The translations under genes were made by a program, and so were the position numbers. From positions 109,182,001 through 109,246,000 of the forward strand of contig OX597817.1 in NCBI GenBank assembly GCA_951406725.2: DNA of 64,000 nucleotides, written 5' to 3'. Positions 54,124 to 64,000 of this stretch are shown in pieces. Origin of the DNA: Octopus vulgaris (Eukaryota). The notes beneath the pieces are model-generated. The model saw nothing but the letters and a program-made list of their open reading frames with translations, was not told where the DNA came from and ran no database searches. Numbering within the stretch: the stretch's first letter is position 1; each line of letters starts with the position of its first letter.

Positions 54124-54691
54124 ATATATGTATATATGCATACATATATGTGTGTATGTGGGTGTATGCGTGTATCTGTATGCATACTCATTTGTATGCA
54201 TATATATCCATTATTCTTATTGCTTGTATATATCTATATAAGTGTGTGTGTATATATACATATACATACATATATACATATATATATTTGTGTGTTTTTA
54301 TGCGTGTTTCGGTATGTGTGTGTGGGTGTGTGGGTGTGTAGGTGTGTGTGTGTGTATGTATAGATAAACAAAGAAAGGAATGAAGATGACGGGGTTACAT
54401 TTATCAGTCAACTAGGATGGTTTCAAGAATTAGCGGAATATTTATATCAATTAACCTGCTGGGTTATTCAAATAAAAACGTATGTAAATCCATTAGATGC
54501 TAAATGAAAGTACTACCAATTATTTCTTCACACTGTCTTTACAGCTAATATTGGTTTACATAACAGAATTCTTCAAAAGAAATATAATGAGTATTACTGA
54601 GGATCTTGATACGCTAAACCCTACCCTCTCACAGCCCCATTTCATTTTCTTTCCGTTTTTTGGTATTGTTTTATTTTTTTAACTCTTAATC

Positions 54692-54727
54692 CTTTCTGTC
54701 GAAGAGCGTAGGCTCGAAACGTCAAAA
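54692..54727 (+). ncRNA. Very compact hammerhead-like motif with variant core
   Basis: CTTT-CTGTCGA-A-GAGC-GTAG-GCTC-GAAA-C-GTC-AAAA, with a GUC triplet and palindromic ACGT stem III. Confidence 0.5.
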
Positions 54728-54885
54728 ACTTTTTTATCCTTCCCGACTTCTGCTTGTTGTTCCTTCACCTGTATTCGTCTCTTGTTTTCTGTAAATTTTA
54801 ACAAAATACGTATATGCATATGTATTTGTACATACATAAGTATGCAAACATATACATATATTTACATGTGCATATACATATAGTA

Positions 54886-55110
54886 AAGGCGCGAGGCTCA
54901 GTGTTTATGTTATTGGACTTTGGATCATAAATTTCTGGTTTAGTCTCTTGGCTCACGCGACAGATTGTGATCCGGAGCAAATGACTTCAGTTCACGTTAC
55001 TTCAGTCCACTGGCAAAAATGTGTAATGCTGAGATGGACTGGCGTCATGTTCAGGGAAACCTACCACATGAGTCCATATGGCTCGGGAAAGATCTTTATC
55101 CTTATGCAGA
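54886..55110 (+). mobile_element. SINE family C-like degenerate copy
   Basis: AAGGCGCGAGGCTCAGTG head and ...GAGCAA...TTCACGTT.CT.CAGTCCAC core. Confidence 0.5.
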
Positions 55111-55252
55111 TACACAGGCACACATATAAACACACAGACACGCACACACACAATACACATGCACACACATGTATATATATATGTATATAAACATACAATA
55201 TACTTGCATACATACATGCATTAATACATACATACATACATACATACATACA

Positions 55253-55285
<33 letters not shown>

Positions 55286-56013
55286 TCATACATACATATA
55301 TACTTACATTCAAACAAATATCTATACTGTGTATTTGAATAAACATTCAGCAGATTTCTCAAGACTTTGTTAATCTTAGGCTAGCGAAATGCTGAAAGAT
55401 TAGAAGGGTTCATATAATGCCTACTGTATAATCTAATGGTCGAAGGCTTTGAAGTATTATAACCACTTCAGATGCCAAGCACCCATTCTAGTTCTTTTGC
55501 TCACCCAATTCTACAGCTTGGTTTAAGGGAAGTTCTGAGATATAGAATCAATAAAATGTTGTTCCAAACATTTATTGATTAACAATCAATGAATATGTTG
55601 GAGGCTTTGTGCAACAACAGCCACATTACATCCCATGTGGACTTGATTTGTCTGTAAATACAAGTTCCTTAATAAATGAAGCTGTCTCACCTGTAGAGAA
55701 CTTACAAGGAAATTTGTACCTTGGCTCACCCTGTGAGAAAAAAAGGTGCTCCCAGTCTGAGAAAGGAAGTAGCATATTAAAATAGGTTACGTTTAAATTT
55801 TCTGAACATGGCATGATACTGTAAAAATGATTTCGATCATCCACCCGTTAGATTAGGTTTGCACTGCGGTCAAACAAAAAGCAACAAGCCAGAACAGGGA
55901 TTTAGTCATATTTTATTTAGACTTTATTTTTGCTCTGCAGTACTTTGTTGCTGTTATTTGTTGCTATATTTCTTTCTGGCACCTATTTTACATGTGGGTG
56001 CAACATTTCTTAC

Positions 56014-56280
56014 AGGAATTCAATGATATCTATTTATTTACTACCCACAAGGGGCTAAACACAGAGAGGACAAACACGGACAGACAAACGGATTATGTCG
56101 ATTATATCGATCCCAGTGCGTAAGTGGTACTTAATTTATCGAACCCGAAAGGGTAAAAAGCAAAGTCGACCTCGGCGGAATTTGAACTCAGAACGTAACG
56201 GCAGACAAAATACTGCTAAGCATTTCGCCCGGCGTGCTAACGTTTCTGCCAGCTCACCGCCTTTAGGAATTCAATGATAT
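56014..56280 (-). mobile_element. Young SINE family A copy with 16-bp TSD
   Basis: AGGAATTCAATGATAT at 56014-56029 and 56265-56280 flanks a complete copy. Confidence 0.92.
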
Positions 56281-56513
56281 TCCTACCGTTCTAGACACTT
56301 CTGAATATCGTGTTTGCCATGCCGTTCGCTAGTATGTAATGTTTAAATATCTATGTTCTATTAAAATACTCTTTTGTTGTTACGAAACTCAGTTAGACGA
56401 TAACAAAACGGCTTCGAGTAAATATTTATCCAAATTCGCAGAACTGTCTGCAATACGTGCACTGGAGTCAATAGTTAACAACAACAACAAAAACAACAAC
56501 AACAATAATAAAA

Positions 56514-56546
<33 letters not shown>

Positions 56547-56928
56547 GAAGTAGTAGTAGTAGTAGCAGTAGCAGTAATAATAGATTCTTTAATTACTATA
56601 AGATCTAAATTCCAAGTCAAATTACGTAATATTGCGCAGATTCACGCGCACTCACACCTACGCATATACGTACGTATATACGTACATGAGTACATGTATA
56701 TATGCACTTATGTGTGTGGGTGGGTGTTTTTTGTGTGCGCACGTATTTATGAAGCATTTCCAAATAAAGATAAACGGGCGTGTGAAAGACATTGTAATTC
56801 AAGGTGGAAATAAAGGAGTGTAAACAAAAATAGCCGAAATTGGATTTAATCTTTACCCTCAAATTACGCCATTCACAAGAGAAAACTGTCTCTGAGCTAA
56901 GCCCTGGTTTATGCACATGTAAACGAAA

Positions 56929-57300
56929 GCATGGCTGTGCGAAGGCATAAACTTGGCTGAATATAGCTCACTTTGCTGCAACGTGATTTTGGTTTCAATT
57001 CTAATGCGCCTGGAAGGAGTATTATTCTGCAGAGCCGAGCCGAGCAATGCTTTGTGATTGAATTTGGTAGACAGAAATTGTGTGGAAGCTCGCCATATAT
57101 GTATGTGTGTATATGTATGAGAGTGTGAGTAACTTTGTTACTGTGTTAATTCCTTCTACTACTTCAAAATTGGTGTTGTTTTATTTACGCCCCGGTAATT
57201 TAGTAGCTTGGCTAAAGAGAACGTAAGTACTGCGGTCAATCAACATCACTTGAACATTTCAGGGCGATGCCCTAGTATGATCACTGCCCAATTGTTGAAC
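56929..57300 (+). mobile_element. SINE family B, old copy
   Basis: GCATGGCTGTG head, GCTTTGTGA.TGAATTTGGTAGAC.GAAA and an internal TG tract. Confidence 0.6.
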
Positions 57301-57439
57301 ACTGGGGTTCATATAACGGACTTATCTCCCCACTCCCATATGTGAGCGACATGAGGGTCTCATACATACATACATACATACATACATACATACATACATA
57401 CATACATACATACATACATACATCTCATAGGAATTTGTT

Positions 57440-58170
57440 TCTCAAATGTCATCACGGTATAATGTACTGATGAGACATGATCCGTAGGAAGGATAACCTC
57501 GAGGACAAATAAATAAAATTTCACAGTACTATAGAAGCCATAACCACTCACAATAGAAAAGGGGTACTGGCGGAATGTCCCACTGAAAACCTCAATAAGA
57601 TGTAAACACAATAGACCTGATATGACGATTTGTGATAGAGAAGGGAAACTGTGTACAGTTGTGGAAATCAGCTGCCCAGCGGACGTTAACATAAAGCTGA
57701 AGATTAGTGAAAAAGAGAATACCTACGCTGAGCTATTGAGAAATCTGCAGTTACTCTATCCAGATCACAAGTTCAGGTTTGTAACTGTAATTAGAAATGT
57801 AACACATTTCCCATGGGATATGTAACACTGCCTAAATACCAATCTTTAGAAACAAGACTTCTCAAAACCAGAATGCTGATTCGAAGCTGATTCGAAGACT
57901 ACAGATTCAAGCCATCACTGAAACCGTACAAATCTGTAAAACTTGCCAGAAATTTATCATTTAAGTATATATGGACTAGTCTAGATATGCAAATATAAGC
58001 GTGAAAAAACACACAAAACAAAACATACAAATCTGCATGTATTTATACATACAGAAATGCTGTTGATGTTGTTGGAATTCTATTGAAGGCACTTGGGTCT
58101 AGGTTAAAAACTGACACTTTCTCTATTGGTAAGAAATTTAGAAATAAAACTGAATAACGACTTTCACGAA
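57440..58170 (+). mobile_element. 5'-truncated RLE non-LTR element 3' end
   Basis: YWRNVPLKTSIRCKHNRPDMTICDREGKLCTVVEISCPADVNIKLKISEKENTYAELL: the RPD...E.SCP PD-(D/E)xK signature of restriction-like endonucleases. Confidence 0.85.
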
Positions 58171-59023
58171 ATTAGTTTGTGTCACCCTTACACTTTTTGC
58201 ATCCTTCTTCCTCTCGTTTTTCCTCGTGATTTCTCCTGTTCTGTTGTCCTGACTTGTAAATTGTAGACCATGTGCCCAATGCCTGAAGATGACTTGCAGA
58301 CACAAGTCATGTTAAAAAAAACTTGTTCGGAAGACATTTCCAATGCACGAAAGTATTAATAGTGTATAACTATATACTGTGTACATTAAGCAATATTTCT
58401 CCCGCTCAATGGAGTACTCATTCTGTTGATCTTGCCGTGACAGAAAAATAAGGTATAAATACACATATATATGTGGTGGGTAGGGTCTGAGTGTGTATGT
58501 ATATTTATATATGCATGTATGTATATGCATGCACAAATACGCATACACATACACGTACGCATATTTTATATGATGGAAGAATATACTCGAGAAATAGAAA
58601 TGCGAATATTGCCGTCATGATAAATATTAAATTGATACCTTGTGCCAATTGGTTTCATGTTGCGTTGTACATTCACCACCTTAGATAATTTGGGTCTATT
58701 TCTAACACCAATTAAGACAATCATTCTTAGGCGTGTATATTTCCATATATGCGTCTATTTAAAGATAAAATCCAGTATGCCATAAGCAGATATCTTCGTT
58801 TTAAATGGCAATCAAAAATGTTATAAAATGTAAAATGCATACATATATGTAGAAAAATTCCAGAGAAAATACATTATGCAACATTTATAAATATGCACTA
58901 TCGGGCACACTGTTGGGCTAAACCACAATACATACATCTTTACAAATCAGAATATCTAATAAAAATGAAAAAAATATGTTATAATTATATAATATCTAAA
59001 TGTATGAAGAAAAATTGCTAACT

Positions 59024-59383
59024 CCGTTGATACTGCTGAGACCCCCTTTGGTCATGACTGACCATGGGATTGTACATAGAACGTTACCCTTCCAGGCACA
59101 AGTCCGGGAAAGGTTGTTTATGGAAGACAAGCAGTCGCCCATGCATACCGGCCTCCCTTCTCCAAGCCAACAGTCTTATCCAAGGGAAACGCAAAAGTCG
59201 ATAAAGCTTGGCACCTGTGGCGTCGCAACTCATTTCTACAGCTGAGTGAACTGGAGCAACGTGAAATAAAGTTTCTTGCTGAAGAACACAACATGCAGCT
59301 CGGTCCGGGATTCTAACTCACAACCTCACGACCCTAAGCTCGACGCTCTAACCACTGAGCCATGCGCCTTTACCCGTTGATAC
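59024..59383 (-). mobile_element. SINE family C with 10-bp TSD
   Basis: CCGTTGATAC at 59024-59033 and 59374-59383. The body matches 33250-33586. Confidence 0.9.
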
Positions 59384-59439
59384 ATAATGTGCACATTAAA
59401 GTACATCTCTGTAAATAAGCATTAGAAAGATTTATATGC

Positions 59440-59830
59440 ACAGGTATCAATATGTGGACAAGAATCTTGCTTTGTAGCCTCGCGGTTAAATGTTCAGTCC
59501 CACCACGCAACATCTCTTGCAGCTGTCACTCGCATGGTGCCGTGCAGATCAATCGCTTATGAGTAAATTCTGTGGATGGAAGCTGAGTGGAAGCCGTCAT
59601 ACATGTATATGTGTGTGTGTGTCTGTGTGCGTCTTTGCTTTTATGTTTGTCTTGCCCTAGTGGGCGACAACTGGTGTTGATTTTATTTGCGTAACTTAAC
59701 AGTTCGACAAAAGGAACCAGAGAATGAGGGATAGACTTCGAAAATAATTACTGTGGTTGTTTTCATCGATAAAACACTTCGAGGTTGTGCTCCACCGTGA
59801 CTGCTGTCGAACGACTGAAATAAATGATAA
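59440..59830 (+). mobile_element. SINE family B, old copy
   Basis: GTTCAGTCCCAC, internal TG tract, CTGGTGTTG...GTAACTTA.CAGTTCG and GACTGAAA tail. Confidence 0.6.
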
Positions 59831-61830
59831 TGAAAACATAGAAGTTAGCTGTTATGTTTTCCATGCAGAAAATATGCTCAAAAATCAAAATATCCAAAAA
59901 TTAACATCGTGTAAAGCGAATCAACTTGCTGATACTATCCGACGGTTGTAAATCTTTACTGAAGCGTCAATACTTTTCGGCGATTCCGTGGAATTTGAAC
60001 TTACAATGCAGATAACTGGAACGGATGCACCAAAACTAGCATCTTTGAAGAAGTATCATATTACTTCAGTATTTCAGTAAAAGCATCACCTCCACGCTCT
60101 AACAATTGCTCCAACTAACCACTTGAGCCTATCATATTTTATCGAACTTTTTGTCGGACACAAAGGAATGAATGCGAGGCAAAGTTGATCTCAGTGGGAT
60201 AAGAACTCAGATCACAGTGAATCGGAAGAAATATCATAAGACATTTTATACTCTAAGGAGTCATCTTATTCACTACCTAATAGTAAAACTAGAAATACAA
60301 AATATAAATAAAATCAGCGGATTATCTTTTGCTATCTAGTAAAACATCTTTGAAATAGTGATGTATTACTTCAATATTTCAGTAAATCTGTTGGAATAAT
60401 CACAGATTTCATTCAAAACAACGCCTTAGTATGGACGTTAAAACGTTAATTACAATGGTAACAAGCCAGCGTCTTTTATAAACAAAATTTCCAACGAGAG
60501 ACTGAAATAGATACAGAGAGAGGGGGAGAGGAGAAGGGAGAAGAAGATGATCGAAGAAAATGGCGGAAAAGGAAACGAGTAAGAAAAGACGGAAAATGAG
60601 AGAAAAAGTCGAACTTCAAAGAATTATAGATTTTGTAGATAGAATATGAACTACTAAAAAAGAAATTCAAATATATATTTATCATTATATTTAATTTTGT
60701 ATTCGTGAACAGAGACGGCGAATTCGAAGCTAGATATATTATCTGAACCTCAGTATACATGTTTTCTGCTCATTCATTTGGTTATTCAATTATATCTAAA
60801 TTGAAGACTTCTTCGTTCCAGTGAGTCAATTGCACTTTCAAAGAAAACTTCTGAATGCATAATACCACCAATCATGAAAATTGTTTATGTATATTCAACT
60901 AAAATCTGCTTAAATAGTTGTCTGCATAAAACTTATGCCAAAAACTAATATTATTGGTGTAAAGACACGTGACTATTGAAAAGGCGTCTTGTTGCCATAT
61001 AACGTAGACTTGAATGTAAGAATGATAATTATCACCATTATATATTGGACTACCATCACAATAGGCACAAAGTAAGAAACGTTATATATAACACACAATG
61101 TCCTCTTTCCTCGCTCTCTGTGTGCACACATAAAACACACACTGAGGTATACGTAAATATATATGAGGTGCATGCATGCATATGTGTATTGCGTGTGTGT
61201 TTGTGTGTGTGTATAGATAGATAGATGTAGATATAGTGCGTATGTGTATGCATTTTTATGTGTGCACGTGCGTGTAAAATATATTGCCGTCAAAATTATA
61301 GCACTTTAATACATCTATAAACAAGCAACTGGATGGTTAAAAACTGTTGGTGAAAGTATGTATTCGGCTTGCGTCCCATTAAACGTGTTTGTTCTTTTCT
61401 CTAGAAGAGCATCAATATAGCTCTCCTCGAGTATTTCACTACCTTTTACGCAGATTGTTTTTTCTATCCAATTCTACCAACTGCAGAGTACATACTATAA
61501 CAGTATCATCTGTATGTCAAATCTAGATATTTCATCTATGGAGACACATGAAATTTTAAAACATAGGAGTAATACAAACTTATTGAATAACCGTTCCGAA
61601 CTGGAATTATCTTGCATACATAGTGCTACACGTATGTTTAAATATTTTAGGTAATAGCATTCTGACCATTCCTGAATTTTCAAATCCTAATATTTTATAA
61701 CCAAATAAACATTCATATACCATGATAGCTTTTATTCAACCTGCATAGATTACTAAAAAACTTCATTATATATATATATAAATCTGAATATATGAAATTA
61801 GGATTTTTTTATACTCTCCTATATTGGAAA

Positions 61831-62308
61831 GATGAAATTCTATATATCTAGGGACATTTTCTTGGTTCATCTTGATTGCCTCCCTTCCATTATTTTTTAA
61901 TATATATTATTGACTCCTGATATATTCACTTAATTGATAAAGTTTTTTTTCTCCACGGGTAGTAAATATTATGTCTAACATATTCTTTTAATTCGACTCA
62001 TTAATAAAATAAATCACCATTTACTAGCTAATTATGATTCTATATTAATGGAAATGGGGATATTTAAAGATGAAATAATCACAAAGAATTCTATATATCT
62101 AGAGAAATTATTTAGTTCATCTTGATTACTTCCCTTCCATTATGTTTTTGAATATATCTTATTGACTCCTAATATATGAACTAAATTAATAATGTTTTTT
62201 TTTCCACGGTTAGTAAGTATTATGTCTATGACTATGATTATCTTTTAATTCAACTCATTAAAATAATCACCACCTACTAGCTAATTATGATTATATATTA
62301 ATGGAAAT

Positions 62309-62313
<5 letters not shown>
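61831..62313 (+). repeat. Diverged ~230-bp tandem duplication
   Basis: AATTCTATATATCTAG...GTTCATCTTGATT...TTGACTCCT...TCCACGG.TAGTAA...ACTAGCTAATTATGATT..TATTAATGGAAATGG occurs at ~61836-62058 and ~62087-62310. Confidence 0.9.
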
Positions 62314-62345
<32 letters not shown>

Positions 62346-62876
62346 GAAATGATTTCTATATTTTTTATCCCTATATTAGATTCCCTATATAAGATAATAA
62401 TGTTTACTGAAATCATTTTGAAAATTGTCTAAAGTATATTTACTTAAATTTCTTAATATAGAATCCGAATGTCAAATTGGTAGTAGACATTAAAACCTCT
62501 AGTGCATTAATAATCTATCTTCCCATAGCCCTCTAACTTCAACATACTAGTATTTTGCGTGGTGCATTCAAATATATATGGGTTCAAATATATATGGGTT
62601 CCTCTGAATAGGAATAGATTTATTGGTTTTGACATTTGTTCTACCCCTTCCTATATCTATAAATAGAAAAAGTCTCCATCCAATCAAAAATCCTCCTCCC
62701 TACTGATATATCTAAATACCAAAGTTAAAATATACAGTCAGAGAGTAGATTTAATACTATCATGTTCTTAAGAATGAAATCAACCTCTCTGTCTCTGTAT
62801 CTACCCTCTTTATAATGTTGGCAAACGAAATAGGGATAAGAATGTGCATTGTCCGTTTGATTGGAAAATTTCTAAA

Positions 62877-62963
62877 GGCGGCTGAAGATTGCTCGAGATT
62901 TTAAAACTGATGTAATGCTTACAGTGTTTAATAAAACGACGTAGCATGAAACGATCGTACCAC
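62877..62963 (+). ncRNA. Hammerhead-like motif with long loop II
   Basis: GGCGG-CTGAAGA-TTGCT...AGCAT-GAAA-CGATC-GTA-CCAC. Palindromic stem III ACGATCGT, GUA site, stem I GCGG/CCAC with one mismatch. Confidence 0.6.
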
Positions 62964-62999
62964 ATTACCTCGGATATACTTGTTGCTTATTTTGATTAT

Positions 63000-63049
<50 letters not shown>

Positions 63050-63059
<10 letters not shown>

Positions 63060-63219
63060 ATAATTATTATTTGAGTGAATAAAATCCAAATTTACAAGGA
63101 AAAAGAATTCAATTTAGAAATATTAAATCAAATTCCAAACGATATAATATATATATTTTCTAGATGGTGCAATGTAATTATTCATTTTGAATTGATAAAA
63201 GGTGTTTTTTCTAATATCC

Positions 63220-63251
<32 letters not shown>

Positions 63252-64000
63252 TAGTAAAAGGTGCTGATAAACAACACCAACATGCTAGAGATAGACACCA
63301 AATAGCTCTAAAAGCTACATCTTACACTCAGTTAGGAATGAAAAAGATTGTTTTTTAAAAAAGAGATAATTATAGGTCGATTTGCAGCTTAGAGATATAA
63401 AATCCCTTTGAAGTCTTCAGTATAATATACCACATAGTATATAGGTACAAATATTTAATATATACTCATACGAATAATACATTTGATATGTAATCTTCTT
63501 TGATCAAGTTCACTCTGCTTTCCTAAAATCTATGTAAACAAAATAACCTTTTTCTGTCTTGATAATGAAGTATATAAATGAAACCATAAGCTTCTTTAGA
63601 TACATTTTATACTAATTAACATAAACTCTTGCGAATAAACTACAAAAATTCACAAAATCAGACAAAATTTGCATTGTTTCGAAGTAGGTATATAATTGTA
63701 TCTGTCAGGGCTTTTTAAGGTAGAATATAGTAACTATGTTATTTCCAATGTTAATGTTTTCAGACATAATAATCTGACCTTCGCATTTTATTTACAATGC
63801 ACCTAAACTGAAAATAGCAATAATGCTATTTACTGTCCAGTTCTACGACATGCTGATGGTTATCTATATCCAAAAAGAAGAAAGTTTAAAGCATATATTC
63901 GTCCATTTATTTTTATTCTCTTTTCTACTTACTTTTCCCAAGCAATAATCTATCGGTCACTATAATGACCTGTTCATGTATATTCATATATTCATATGCT
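63050..64000 (-). mobile_element. Decayed Penelope-like 3' region (C-terminal CxxC segment, LTR, degenerate hammerhead at 63369-63426)
   Basis: Minus strand encodes IPTSKQCKFCL at ~63660-63690 (cf. the PLE C-terminal YNPxSKRCxLCL). Downstream is ATTATA-CTGAAGA-CTT...AAG-CTGCAAATCGACC-TATAAT with a 6-bp stem I, then (TA)n. Confidence 0.5.

Noticed and set aside
58283-58312. CTGAAGA followed by the hairpin TGACTTG/CAAGTCA
   Set aside because: The GAAA box and stem I partner are missing; at most a deleted relic.

Overview
AT-rich eukaryotic genomic DNA, very dense in (TA)n, (CA)n, (GATA)n, (CATA)n and (TAA)n microsatellites and interspersed repeats. The repeat content resembles coleoid cephalopod (Octopus-like) intronic or intergenic DNA; this is inferred from recognition, not from a database search. 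Nearly all listed ORFs are microsatellite or transposon artefacts. Recognisable content: a near full-length, decayed R4/Dong-type RLE non-LTR retrotransposon in a (TAA)n tract, with further RLE 3' ends stacked around it; RTE-clade LINE fragments; Penelope-like (PLE) RT and GIY-YIG fragments; Tc1 and hAT transposase fossils; a TTAA-flanked piggyBac-type MITE; three tRNA-derived SINE families; and one or two possible host exons near 41.3-41.9 kb. The most notable signal is about ten minimal type-I hammerhead-ribozyme-like motifs (CUGANGA...GAAA...NUH, often with a palindromic stem III) on both strands. They lie in several apparently unrelated PLE-LTR-like repeats that mostly end at (TA)n tracts, and one copy (8625-8719, minus) looks fully intact. 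Two long inverted repeats and two perfect 19-21 bp hairpins are also present. Repeat boundaries were read by eye and are approximate.
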